42,580 bases of DNA from IMG/VR virus record IMGVR_UViG_3300012344_000014, positions 1 through 42,580 of that record, one strand, 5' to 3'. The notes under the pieces were generated by a model. It made no database searches. It was not told the origin of the DNA and saw only the letters and a program-made list of their open reading frames with translations. Within the stretch, counting starts at the first letter, position 1. Every line of letters starts with the position of its first letter. Both the position numbers and the translations under genes were made by a program. Source of the stretch: a virus (Duplodnaviria > Heunggongvirae > Uroviricota > Caudoviricetes). Shown here piece by piece: positions 26,169 through 38,011 of this stretch.

Positions 26169-27618
26169 ATGGCAATTTATATCCCGAAGTACGACGGTTA
26201 TATCGCCGACGTTGCGACCGTTGACTTTATCCGTTGCGACGGTGCGGTCTTCAACTTTGATGAATAGACCAGCACAAACTTCTCGAACACATCCAACTCG
26301 ATCTCCATCAATGGCGGTCACAGCTTCTTCCCTCTGGCGGTTATCGATACCGATAAGACGCTGGAAATGAGCTTCGCCAGCGCGCAGTTCACCATGGATA
26401 TGTTCGTTATGGCTAACGCCGTCACCGACACGACCGCAGACTATGGCAAGTTCGAAACCAAGCGTTATGATGTTGTGGATAATAAGATTACCATCCCTTA
26501 TGAGGTGCAGGTTGAATCCGTTGCTATCCGTAACATGACGCGTGCTCAGGCTGCTTCTGCTGGCAAGTTTGCCGTTGCGGTGACTAAGGCCACCGCGTCG
26601 TCTGACCCCAAGACGGAGATTACGTTTGCTGAGGGTGATTTCGCAGAGGGCGAAACCATTCGCGTCTCTTACAAGCGCCGCAGCGTGGGCGCAACCCGTA
26701 TTGCTATCAGCACAACCACCCCGATGTCCAAGGGCGAAGTGTATGCTACATGGCCGGTTAAACTGAATTGACCCTTTAAGGAGAGATCCTTATCGAATAA
26801 CTCATCTAAACGGGGAAAGCCCTCTGGCGAGGGTAACCTGCCGTAGTAATCAATCGACCAAGCGTCGATTGTGAAACTCTAACGACTATCGAAAGCATAG
26901 GGAAACCGAAGAAGCGAGTAGAGTAGGACGCAAGCTATTGGCGTTCGAAATGGTGAGGCTCCAAGTTGGAGCATGATATAGTCTGCTCTGCATGTATGTA
27001 TAAAGATGCAGCGGCTGCGAAGTTGTACACCGCAGCGGCACAAGAAGTAGCGATCTTGTGTGAACATAAGGTATTCCAGTGGTACAGACTGCACAGAGTC
27101 CACACAGAAGGGCGAAATCCAGGTCCACCTTTACCGCGTCCGCGTAAGTGCTGCACCTGGTTTTGACACGAGCTTAACAGATAGGTTCCCTGCACAGAAA
27201 TGTGCTTGACAAAACCTTCCTTAAACGGAGAAAGTCTTATCGGTTGATGCAGCGCCGGTAAGATAACTCACCGTGCTAAAATGGATTAATTCCATAAAAG
27301 CCTAACGACTATCCCGCAAGGGAGTAGGGCGCAAGTTATTGGCGCTCCAAATGGGAAGACTCCTACCTGAGAAGGAGGAGGAAGATATAGTCTCATCTGC
27401 ATGTATATATAAAGATGCAGCAGCGTAAAGACGCGGGCATGGCATAGCGAACCATGTTGAAGATAAATGATAAGACAGCTGCAACCAACAGTGTTACTTT
27501 CAGCTCCATCGACCCGAAGCGTGCCGACGGTAAGATGTGGTCGCTGACCTATGAGCCGTTCGACGCAAATGGTAACATCGTTACTAAGACCGAGGAGACA
27601 ACTGTCGACTGGGCGTAA
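26169..27618 (+). CDS. Major tail protein (280 aa after splicing): exons 26169-26758, 27071-27174, 27470-27618; in-frame TAG at codon 33 (26265-26267)
   Basis: AAGGAGG RBS; exons total 843 nt in one frame (...ATWPV|YSSGTD...GFDTSY|KTAATN...); precedes the chaperone pair and tape measure. Confidence 0.8.
26759..27070 (+). ncRNA. Group I intron 1 in the major tail gene (~312 nt, no ORF)
   Basis: Exon ends in U, intron ends in G; P7 halves AACGACTAT / GATATAGTC; removal restores the frame; boundary ambiguous by 1 nt. Confidence 0.85.
27175..27469 (+). ncRNA. Group I intron 2 in the major tail gene (295 nt, no ORF)
   Basis: P1 GAGCU/GGUUC with U:G at the splice site; AACGACTAT / GATATAGTC; terminal G; restores a TAT codon. 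Confidence 0.88.
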
Positions 27619-27625
27619 AATTTTT

Positions 27626-27662
27626 AGGAGGGGATCTGAGAAATCAGGTCCCCTTTCTTTTT
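27626..27662 (+). terminator. Intrinsic terminator after the major tail gene
   Basis: AGGGGATCTGA/TCAGGTCCCCT stem plus T run. Confidence 0.75.
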
Positions 27663-27682
27663 GGATAAAGGAGTAAAGGAAT

Positions 27683-28132
27683 ATGGCCACAAAGAAAAAG
27701 GAATTGCCGAGTGCTGAACAGCAAGAAAAAAAGCTAAACACAGCGCCGGCGAAAACAAAAGAACTTCCGAAGGTTGGAAACCCTGAAAATACGGTAATGA
27801 TCGGCGGCGAGCCGATTGAAATAAAAGCGACGAAATTAAAATACCAGCGGAATCGAACAGCGATGCTTTACAAACTGCTTGACGTATATCCGGTGACGGA
27901 TGTGCTGGCGATGGACGCGGGGGCATTTGGAGATGAGCGGGATGGCGACAAAGCATTGATGGACTGGCTCATCGCGGCGACGGATAATGAAGCGCTCATC
28001 CTTGCGAACTACGACGAGATGGATACCGCGACCATTGAAAAGATTCTCGCTATCTTCCGGCGCGTAAACAAGATTGACGAGAAGGAAGAAAAACTAAAAA
28101 ACATGGAGAGGACCAGAAAGGCGGCGGTATAA
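27683..28132 (+). CDS. Tail assembly chaperone (gpG-like, 149 aa)
   Basis: Follows the major tail gene; slippery A-AAA-AAC at 28096-28102. Confidence 0.75.
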   Translation: MATKKKELPSAEQQEKKLNTAPAKTKELPKVGNPENTVMIGGEPIEIKATKLKYQRNRTAMLYKLLDVYPVTDVLAMDAGAFGDERDGDKALMDWLIAATDNEALILANYDEMDTATIEKILAIFRRVNKIDEKEEKLKNMERTRKAAV

Positions 28133-28449
28133 GCCTTGATCGGGCTGTCGCGATGGTGGCAACCTATCTGGGTGTTGTGGACGAAGAACAGATTAATAAC
28201 ATGAGCTACGTCTTTTTCGAAGACATCTTGACGGAACTGGGGTACCGGCTCACCTATGACGCGGTGGTCAATTATGCCGGGAACAGTTTCTGTGAGAGTA
28301 GCTGGGATATGATATTAGAGCATAACCCGTTCAACGTTGGTGAACAGAACGGTATGAACAATAAAGCCATGAACGCGCTGGCAGATTTCTTTGGCAGCGC
28401 CGATGTGCAGATTAAACCGAGCAGGAAAATTAAAGGGGCGAAAGGGTAA
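28102..28449 (+). CDS. Tail assembly chaperone C-terminal extension (gpT-like), reached by -1 frameshift
   Basis: The -1 frame is open from the slippery site into ORF 28153-28449, which has no clear RBS. Confidence 0.7.
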   Translation, partial: HGEDQKGGGISLDRAVAMVATYLGVVDEEQINNMSYVFFEDILTELGYRLTYDAVVNYAGNSFCESSWDMILEHNPFNVGEQNGMNNKAMNALADFFGSADVQIKPSRKIKGAKG

Positions 28450-29045
28450 TGGAAAAGATTAAGGTTGATATGACGGCAAAGTCGGAAGTGTGGGCAGACG
28501 TTACGCTGGAAGACGGCGTGCAGGTGAAGGTGCGAAATTATCTGCCTTATGCGGAGCGGGAAGAGGCGGCGGCTGAGTATGCGGCGCGGGCGCTGATAGT
28601 GGCAGATGAAGAGAATGGTATTGCTTATGACAGTTACCGGATAGATATTGAGGCGGATTATATGATGGTGAAGTATTACACCAATATTGATGTTGACGGT
28701 ATCCCGACGGAAGATGTGTTTGATTATGCAAAACGGACGGGGTTGCTGGATAAAATAAAACTGGTCACTAACGATGATACCTATCTCACGTTGGCTATGG
28801 GCGACAAGATGGTATTCGCCGCGACAACAGCCATTGAAAAACGCGGCTCGCTGCCTTACTTTATTAAGAACCGGATGGGTTATCTGCTGGACGCGGAGAA
28901 GACGGCTGAAACGCTTGCACAAGCAGAAGACCTGAAGGAGAAGATGATCGATATTCTGGGTGCGGTAAAGGAACGCGACATGATGAAAAGTGTGCAGAAG
29001 AAGCCGGCCGTTATCCCGGGCGGGGTGAATTTGGCAAAAAAATAA
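28449..29045 (+). CDS. Hypothetical tail-region protein (198 aa)
   Basis: TAATG coupling to the upstream gene. Confidence 0.75.
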   Translation: MEKIKVDMTAKSEVWADVTLEDGVQVKVRNYLPYAEREEAAAEYAARALIVADEENGIAYDSYRIDIEADYMMVKYYTNIDVDGIPTEDVFDYAKRTGLLDKIKLVTNDDTYLTLAMGDKMVFAATTAIEKRGSLPYFIKNRMGYLLDAEKTAETLAQAEDLKEKMIDILGAVKERDMMKSVQKKPAVIPGGVNLAKK

Positions 29046-29066
29046 AACCGGAAGATCCGGTTTTAT
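29042..29066. terminator. Bidirectional terminator between convergent genes
   Basis: ATAAAACCGGA-AGA-TCCGGTTTTAT. Confidence 0.65.
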
Positions 29067-29755
29067 TTTAAGTGGTAGTTCCCATAGGGGTCGGGCGCGT
29101 TTTTGCGGGCACGGACTAACTCATCATCGATTTTCTTCCACTCGGCGTAAGTTTGACCCGGGGCAGCGTTAAACGAATAGGTGCGGATATAGCGCATTTC
29201 CTTATCGGCAGCTTCACAGAACTCTTTCGTTTTTTTGATACGGGAAGAGCCAACGTTCTCAGTCATGTCGAAAATAAAAGCGGGGGAGTAGTGGCAAACA
29301 ACACCATTGCGAATCGGTGTAATGGTTGGCTTATACCCATCAACCCGTGCGTTGAAGCCTGTGATGCCGTCGTACTTTGTTGTTACTGATGTATTGCCAA
29401 TGCGGGTCGTCACATATTGGGTCCTGCTCGATCCGCCCTTTAAGGGAGTGGGATCTTTGAACCAAGCGTCAGGATAGAGTGAGAAGAAATCGCTATAAGG
29501 GATAACAGAAAAGCGGTTCGACCTCCCGGCGTATACAGCAATACGTTCGGATTTATCGTCGCAACGGATGAACGAGGTGCTATAGACGTCGGAGAATTCT
29601 TTGGTGCGTTGAATGCCGAGGCGGTCACATTCTCTGTGGAAGTCTTCCTGGGCTTTGTCATGTATTGGTATCATTTCTTTAGCAGTACGCCAGTGCTTAT
29701 ATACAGGCCATAAAAACGGAAGCGCTACAAGGAACCACACAAATATACCCAGCAA
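29063..29755 (-). CDS. Moron: N-terminally membrane-anchored protein (~230 aa)
   Basis: TTG start after AAAGGGGG; N-terminal TM LGIFVWFLVALPFLW; own promoter and terminator, antisense within the tail module. Confidence 0.75.
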   Translation of the reverse strand: MLGIFVWFLVALPFLWPVYKHWRTAKEMIPIHDKAQEDFHRECDRLGIQRTKEFSDVYSTSFIRCDDKSERIAVYAGRSNRFSVIPYSDFFSLYPDAWFKDPTPLKGGSSRTQYVTTRIGNTSVTTKYDGITGFNARVDGYKPTITPIRNGVVCHYSPAFIFDMTENVGSSRIKKTKEFCEAADKEMRYIRTYSFNAAPGQTYAEWKKIDDELVRARKNAPDPYGNYHLK

Positions 29756-29776
29756 ATCAATACCCCCTTTATTGAT

Positions 29777-29805
29777 AATATAGCAAGTTCGTTTGCTTTT
29801 GTCAA
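29777..29805 (-). promoter_or_regulatory. sigmaA promoter TTGACA-17-TATATT (extended TG) for the moron
   Basis: Near-consensus hexamers with 17-nt spacing. Confidence 0.75.
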
Positions 29806-29839
29806 ACGAATCCCAATAAGACAAAGGAAGTGAAGGAAT

Positions 29840-32800
29840 TTGGCGGATGAAAAATATATTGCCTCGTTGCGGCTGGATCTGAGCAAGCTCAATAAGGACA
29901 TCGAGGGAGTCAATAAGCTTCTGAAGTCTATTGGCGCCGGCGTAAACCTGAATATGAGCGACGTGGTGGAGAAGCAGATTAAGGCGATGCTGACACGGCT
30001 CAAGAACGAGGTTCAAAGCGCGGCTAAAACGGGCGGGCAAGCCGGGAAGGAAATGGCTTCCGGATTCGCCGGGGCGACAACCGAAATCGAGCGGGTGATG
30101 AGCGTCACCTCCAAGCTGGCAAAAGACGGCAGCGTGACGCAGACCACAAGGGGTTACAAAGATCTTGGAACCGCGATAACAGAGGTTCGGAAGCAGGGAG
30201 AATAGCTGAGCCGGACGACCACATCCAAGGGCGACCTTGCAAAAGAAATCGACAAAGCGAATGCGCTCTACAAAGAGCAGATCGGTTATCTAAAAGAAAT
30301 GTACTCCCTGCGGACGCAGCGACTTTCCGCTACGGATGGCAGTGACCAGGCGAAGCGCTTGGACGCGGAAATTCAAAAATACGGCGAGCTGATTGCGAAA
30401 AGCAGAGAACAGTCCTCAGCGTTGAGTGATGAGGCGAAACAGCTTTCGAACTTGAATAAGCTGAGCGAAGAGCGAGCGAAAATTATCAAACAGTATCAGA
30501 GCGCGCTGAAGGAAAGCGGCAGCGGAGAAACCGGACTCAAGCAGATGACGGAGGAATATAAGCGGCTGTCTGAATATGTCCGCAACTATAACAGCGCGCA
30601 GAAGAGCGGGCAGGATACGTCCTACTGGCAGGAGCGGATTGAGGCATCTAAAAAACTGCTGACACAGCAGAGCGAGGAAATCCAGAAGCTTGACTTGACA
30701 ACCGAACGGAAGCAGCAGCTGCTTACGCTGGAGCAGAAAATTTCCGACGTGCTGGCAAAGCAGAATACGAACACTGGAAACGCCGGGGCGGAGCAGCTGG
30801 CAAAGGCACAGAAGGCGTTGGCGCAGATGCAGACCGCGCTGAGCGGTATCGGCAGGTCGTATGCGAATAAAGATATGGACGGCATGAAGGCGTGGGCGAA
30901 AGTCGGGGATGAGGCGAAGAAAACCACTGATGAAGTAGCTGAACAATTGAAAAAACTCCAGCTCTCAGAAGAAGAACTTGCCGCAATTGAAAACGCGCTG
31001 CATCAGGTCAACGACCTGTATTCCAAGCAGGGCGAGATGCTGGATATTAACGGGCAGTTCCTTGATAAAATTGGGACGAAGCTCGCGGAGCAGGCGGTCA
31101 CCTGGACGACCAATACGCTTAAGAATATGTTCCAGGATGCGATCTCTTACGCATCGGAATACTACGATCTGATGAACGAGATCCGGATTGTTTCGGGATA
31201 CAGCGAGGAACAGGCGGCCAAGCTGGGCGCGGAATACCGCACGCTGGCGAAAGAGATGAGCGTATCTTCTACCGACATTGCGAAGGCGGCCGTGGAATTT
31301 TGGCGGCAGGGTCTGGATGAAGACGAAACAAACCGGCGTATCAAAGCGGCGACGCAATACGCGAAGATCAGTTCGCTGGAATTTACAGAGGCGGCTGAAT
31401 TGATTACGGCGGCCACTAACACAATGGATATATCTGCGCAGAAAGTCGCGGATGTGTTTGCGTACTTGGGAGATGAATCGGCATCGGGTTAACGACAAAC
31501 AGCCCGTATACACAGTAATGTGTTATAAAAGAATCCACTTGTTCGGGGAAAGCCCTGAGGAGGGTAACTCCGATGCGCGTTAAGCGCGGTAACGACTGAA
31601 TGTTGTATTAGTAATGATGCAGCTACGGTGGACTCCCTATTCGGGATGAAGATACAGTCTGTTCTGCAACGTACCTTATTGAAGTTGCAGAGGTAGGATG
31701 AAAATCCTATCCGCCTACAAAATATTTGTAGGTCATAAAAGTAACAGAAAGGCCGATGAAATTGGTGTGGCGATGCAGAAAGCATCTGCGTCCGCCGAAG
31801 AATTTGGCGTGAGTTTTGAATGGCTTGGCGCGTATATTGCGACCGTCAGCGAAAAAACGCGGCAGGCACCTGAAGTAATTGGTACGGCGTTCAACTCTCT
31901 GATGGCGCGCATGCACTCCATAAAGCAGAAGGGTTTCAACGAAGAAGACGCCACCCAGATCAACGACGTGGCGAAAGCATTAGGCACACTTGGTATCGAA
32001 CTGCTGGACGAAGAGAACAACTGGCGCAGCATGTCCGACATTATGACGGAAATCGCTGGGCAGTGGGACACACTGGATGCAAAACAGAAGGCGTATATTT
32101 CGACCACTATCGCCGGTGCAAGACAGCAGAACACTTTCCTTGCGCTGATGAGCGATATGGCTAAGGGCGTGGAGGGCGGCAGCCGTGCGTTTGAGCTTTA
32201 TGAGGGCGCGCTGAACGCGGCCGGCACAGCGACGCAGAAATACAGCGTGTATATGGAATCGGTTGAGGCGGCACAGGGACGGCTGAAGTCGTCGTTGGAA
32301 AGCCTTTATGGACTGCTGAGCGCGGACTGGATGAAAGGCGCTTATGACGGACTGGCCGGATTTGTTGACCTGATCGCGAGCGGTACGGAATCCCTGAAGG
32401 GGCTTAACGTTACGATCCCTGTGGTGGCAGCCGGGCTTGGAGCGGTTGTGGTGGTAATTACCAAGATCGTTTCGCTGATTAAAACAATCAAAACTATGGG
32501 GCTTGTTGCTGGCATTGCGTCGGCATCGAACCCGATCGGGCTGATCGTCACCGCGCTGGCGGGGCTCGTTACGGTTATCACGGCCGTTACCGGTGCGATC
32601 AAAAAAGCGTCTACGGTAAAACTGCCGGATTACAGCGAACAGCTGAGCACGCTGAAGGATTATACGGGGACGATCTCCCCGCTGATCGACGAATACACGA
32701 AACTCGCCGGAAAGCAAAACAAGACGACGAGCGACACGGAGCGGATGGACGCGATATTCGCGCAGTTGTCCGGAACCTCTTATACTCTGCAGACAAAACT

Positions 32801-35800
32801 GGAAGGGCTGGAAGGCCAGTACAACAGCGGCAGCGAAGCCATACGGGCGATGAATAAAGAACTGCGGGAACAGGTAGACCTGCAGAATTCGATCTCACAG
32901 CTGGACGCGTTCAGCAAATTTGCGGAGCAAGTTCAGACGGTTAAGGACGCGTACTCGGAGATGGATAAGGTCGATCTCCAGAAGAATGCGCTGAAGTATT
33001 GGAGCGAATATACGCAGGGACTGGAGAACCCGTTGGATGCGACGAAGGGCGGGTTTGAAGATTACCTGCAGAGCAAGTATGTGGAATACAGCTCCAAGGG
33101 AATTGACCGGGAAGCGAACGGCATGAAGGACTGGGCTGGGCAGCTGTACGCCCTTGCAGATGAATATAATGATGCGTTTGCGTATGTGGACAAGTTGGGC
33201 GACGACATCAATACAGAGATGATGAACCTCAACACGTTAGTTGGGGCGAGCGCGGAGAAGGCAGCGGCTGGCATCTCTGACGCATGGGATGGCATTGAAC
33301 AGAGTCTGAACGCGTTCGGGCAGGACGGCAGCTTTATGGACGTGCCGGCGGAAATTACGAAGAATATCGATTCGTTCATAGGCACGATCGTGGATTCGAT
33401 GCGGAACTCGGTTGGTGGAGACGTGGACGCGTTGACGGAAGAAATGCTGAATAAGGCCGCCTCCTTGATCAAGAGTTATGTGGGCGCGGTTAAACAGAAT
33501 CTTGAAGGGGCCGATATGGCTGACGTGCTCCCGGACAACTTCAAGAGCGCGCTAAGCGAATACAGCGACGAGCTGTTTACATTCCTGCAGAAACTGTACG
33601 AACAGAACCCGGCGGCGGTCACAGAGGAACTGCTCGGCTCGGTCACGGAAATGTTCACGGTATGCAGAGATACGCTGGCCAAGCTCGCCTCCTCGCCGGA
33701 ATTTACCAAGCTGATGGACGAATATAACGAGATGCTGAAAGCGCCGGAAGCTGTGGATTATGACGGCTACAAGAAAATTGTTGACGGCATTAACGGATAC
33801 ATTGCCGAATACAACGCGCAAGTTGAAAACGGCGAAATTGAAGGCGCGAAGATCGACTTGCTCCCCGACTATAATGAAGAGGAATTCGTCAAGTGGAAAG
33901 AAACGGCAGTAGCTTCTGTTACAGCTGTGGGTGAAGCGGCAGATGCGGCGGCCGAAAAGATGGGGAGTTTTGGCAAATACTACGCGGAATGGCTGGAGAA
34001 ACAGAAGGCGGCTGATGCGGCGAAGAACAATTACCGGGACGCAACGAGTGATATCTTGAATAGGTCGATAAACGCGGACACGAAGAAATTTGACGTGAGC
34101 CTTTTCAAAGCTGCAATGGATGAAGCGCACGCGGCGAACGCAGACCTGGTGGAAGAGATGACGAAAGCCTATCCGATGCTGGGCGATATTTACGCCGGGC
34201 TGATGAAGGAAGGCGACGCGTACAGCTATCTCAAGAGCATTATCAACGGAACCACGGTGGCGTACGCTGAAGAACGTTCGGAGATGGCGGAGAACCTGAA
34301 AGCGCAGGAAGCGCTGGCGAAAGCGAAAGAGGCCGGGTTTGCCGACCAGGTGGGCGCGCTGGACAAGGCGTTCACGGAAGGTCAGGTACCGACGTTCGCC
34401 AATGGCGTGATGGGACTTTCGGGCGGACTGGAAAACGCGCGGAAGGAATTTAACACATGGTCTTCTGACATGCAGGAGAGCTTCGCGCAGACCTATCCTG
34501 AACTTTACAATATCCTCGCCGGGACGGTAGAAGTGACCGACGAAACGGGTGCATGGGCAGAGGCGCTCGCAAGAGTTTATGAAATGCTCGCAAACATCTC
34601 TTCAGCGTCGAAAGAAGATTTCTTCGCGGAGCAGACCGAATATGCGAAAAACGAAAAGCTGAACGCGGAAGCGCAGACCGCGGCGGATAACAGTTACTCT
34701 GGGCAGATCAACGACCTGGCGGGCGTATTCATGGATTCGGCGAATATGGAAGATAAAGCCGAGGCCATTGAGATGTTGCGGGAAAAGATCTACGAGATGT
34801 ACACGGAAAACGCCACGCTGGCAGAAGGCTTCCGCGAGGACTACGGCAGCTTCTGGAACGTACTTTTTGACCCGGACAGTGATTGGGAAGACGTTGTATC
34901 GGCTTATGTGGAAATGCTTGAACAATGCCGCGGGAGTTTGCAGGAAACAGCAGACGCGCTTTATGAAGCGCAGAATGGTACGGCGGAATACAATGCGGCC
35001 TTGGCGAACATTCAGGAGGCGTTGGACACCGGCTCGGAGGAGGCGTTTATCGCCGTATGGAACAGCCTCGGTAAGACGATGCAGAAGGCGCTGCTGGAAG
35101 GCTCGGATGCGGTTAAGGATTATGTGACCAGCCTGAGCGATATGTCGGATGCACACGAAGATGCGCTGGACGCGGCGAAGAAGCTGACGCGCGAAGGGCT
35201 GACAAAAGAAGGCACACAGCTTGCCAAGCAGAATAAAATCTGGGAGGAAGCCGTCGATGTAATCAGCGACAGCGGCAAATCACAGGCGGAGTACCTGAAA
35301 TCTATCGCTGGTATTGGAACAAGGCTGAACGACCTAGCGCTGGCACAGGCAGATCTTGCGACCGTGATGGATACAACCCAAGCCGGCACTGACGCATACA
35401 CTACAGCGCTGGCGAATCTGGCGGACTATTGCGGATTCGCGATCAACTCTGAATATGATTTGGCTATGGCGGCGGCATTGCTGGCAGGCGACACAGACAT
35501 GGCAACCAGCAGCGTGGAGTGGTTGATTAATTCAATGCTGACGTTAACCGGCATTGACTTGAATCCTAGCACATGGATCGCACAACTACAAGCGCTGGCG
35601 GCTCAAAACGACGTGACAGCAGACGCTGTTTTGAACTTGATTGAATACCTCGCAAGCGTAAACGGCGCGACTGTGAGCCTTGACAAGAACGGCAGGGTAA
35701 ACGTCACCGGGCTTGGCTCGAAGAGCAACGGGCGAAGAAGCAGCTCCAGCAGCCGACGCAGTGGTGGTGGCGGAGGCGGAAGCAGCCGGAGAAGCAGCAC

Positions 35801-37865
35801 CCCCAGCAGCTCTTATGGAGGAAGCGGGAGCGGTGGCAACAGTGGCCCCTCTGAAATTGAACGCTTCCTGGACGTGCTCGACCAAATCCAGACGATTCAG
35901 AACCACAAGAAAGCAATTATTGAACTGGAGAAGGCATACTTTGAAAGCCGCGGCGAAATTCAGGGCGTGCTGAAATGTATCGAATATGAAAAGCAGGCGA
36001 TACAGGCTAATACGGATACCATACAGGCGAACCTTTCCAAAGTTGAAGCCCTGATGGAAGCCAAGCGGGCAGAAGTTAATATGATGGACACCTCCGCGGA
36101 AGGGTATTCTGAGGCGGCGGACGATCTGAAGAGCTTGCAGCAACAGCACATGGAATACAGCAAGCAGCTGAAGCAGAACCGGAACGACATCGAAGCGCTG
36201 AACAAGGAAATTAAGGAATGGAAGAACAAGATCCGGCAGATGGAAATTGATCTGCGGAACACCATTCTGGCGGCGATTGAGGATCGGGAAGAATTGAAGG
36301 AGCGCATGCTGCAGGGCACGATCGAAACAGAGGAAGCGATACTCGATATCATCAAGGCGCGATACGAGAAAGAACGCGACGAGATTCTTGAGACGGCGGA
36401 CGCAAAAAGAGACGCACTAGAAGAGGAAAAGAAGGCACTGCAGGAGCAGCTGAACGCGCGCAAGGAAGCACAGCAGGAAGAGGAAAAACTGATTGAGCTG
36501 AAAAAACTTGAAGCGAAACTGGCTCGTATTTCGGCTGACTCGACGCGGCGCAAGGAAGCGCTGGAGCTGCAGGAGCAGATTAAAGACCTGCGCGACGAAA
36601 TCGCATGGGATACGGCAGAAAAGGAAGTTGAGGCGCAGCAGGAAGCGATTGACCAGCAGATTACGAGTACGGAAGAATACGCAGACTATATCGAAAAATA
36701 CTACGAAGACCTGCTGGAAAACCCGCGCAACTTCATCGAAGAAGTGCAGAAGATCATGGCGCAGTCCGATGAGGAAATCCTGCAGTGGCTGAAGGAAAAC
36801 AGCGAGGAATATAAAAACTCCACAGACGCCACGCGCACGGATATCACAAACGGCTGGCAGGATATGCTCAACGACATGCGCGGCGCGATCGTCACATATT
36901 GGGATGAAATCGAAGAAATCATTTCGAAGGGCGACGATGCGATTATCCAGTTCCTGATGGACAACAGTGCGGACTATAAGGCGGCGGGCAAGCTGCAGGC
37001 GGAGGCGTATGTCGATGCGTGGAAAGAGCAGCTAGAGAACCTGAAGAACGCCTACAAAGATGTTGCGGTAGATATCAGCAGCTATGACTACCAGCCGGTA
37101 ATGCCGGCGTCTGGAAGCCCTGGTGGCGGTTATGACGGAGGGTATGACTATAGTCCGAGTCCCGGCCCCAGTTCCCCAGGTGGGGGGTCGAAGCCTAAGA
37201 CACTTTGGTCTTTTACGTTTGATGGGCAGGTATATAGTGGTTATTCTTCCAGATCGGCTGCGAACAGCGCGGCTAAGAAGGCCGCTCAAAGCTGGCTGAA
37301 CAGACATATGGCAGCGGCAGGAGGTGCGGCTGGGCAAGCGCAGGTACGCGCCCAGTACAACACAATGCTCAACAGCGCGATTCTTTCCATCCGGAGCTAT
37401 AGCAGCGGAAACGCAAGCAGTAGGGCTACGAGTTCTGCGACGGACATTTTGAACAGATTGAAGTCGGGGTCTTCAAGCGGTGGAAATTCTACGGCTGGTA
37501 CGCGTAATACCACTGTGTCGAAATATGCTACGGGTGGCCTGAGTACCGAAACCGGACTTGCATGGCTGGACGGCACGCCGAGCAAACCGGAGCGCGTCCT
37601 TTCTCCTTACCAGACCGAATTGTTTGAAGACATGATCGACACGCTGCACGCAATCAAGACAATCAACGTACCGACAATGCCGGCGTTTGGCGCGGAGACG
37701 AATTCCCGCTCTCAGCCGACGCTGACATTTGGGGACGTTGTGATCCAGGTGGATAAGCTTGATAACGACACGGACTATGATGAGCTGGCTGAAAAATTCT
37801 TCGATCATGTTTTGGAGAAATCCGGGCGGGTTCAGTCTGTAGGCGGCATAAGGTTATCCAAATGA
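29840..37865 (+). CDS. Tape measure protein (~2587 aa): exons 29840-31489 and 31752-37865; in-frame TAG at codon 122 (30203-30205)
   Basis: ORFs 29840-30205 and 30299-31492 share a frame separated only by TAG; spliced junction LGDESASG|ADEIGVAMQK lies in a TP901-type TMP core; TM segment; YATGG..AWLDG..PERVL C-terminal motif. Confidence 0.88.
31490..31751 (+). ncRNA. Group I intron 3 in the tape measure gene (262 nt, no ORF)
   Basis: P1 CGGGU/GCCCG with U:G; P7 AACGACTG / GATACAGTC; terminal G; removal restores the frame. Confidence 0.88.
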
Positions 37866-37870
37866 ATAAT

Positions 37871-37893
37871 GGGGGAGGGGAATTCCCTCCCTC
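37871..37893 (+). terminator. Hairpin after the tape measure gene (possible terminator)
   Basis: GGGAGGG/CCCTCCC stem; weak U-tract. Confidence 0.4.
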
Positions 37894-38011
37894 CTCTCCG
37901 CTGTAAAAGGAATGAAGTTATAGAACCGGCCGAGCTGTTCGAGCGGCTTTGCCTCCGGGAATAAGAATGGCTGAACACCGTATTTATAAAGGATAAAGGA
38001 GTGAACACCGT

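Noticed and set aside
29756..30040. N-terminal 95 aa of the ORF-track call 29063-30040
   Set aside because: Overlaps the tape measure start and the moron's own promoter; the RBS supports TTG at 29755.
31698..31751. ATG at 31698 as the start of a separate 2055-aa gene
   Set aside because: It lies inside group I intron 3; the spliced frame continues the tape measure domain.
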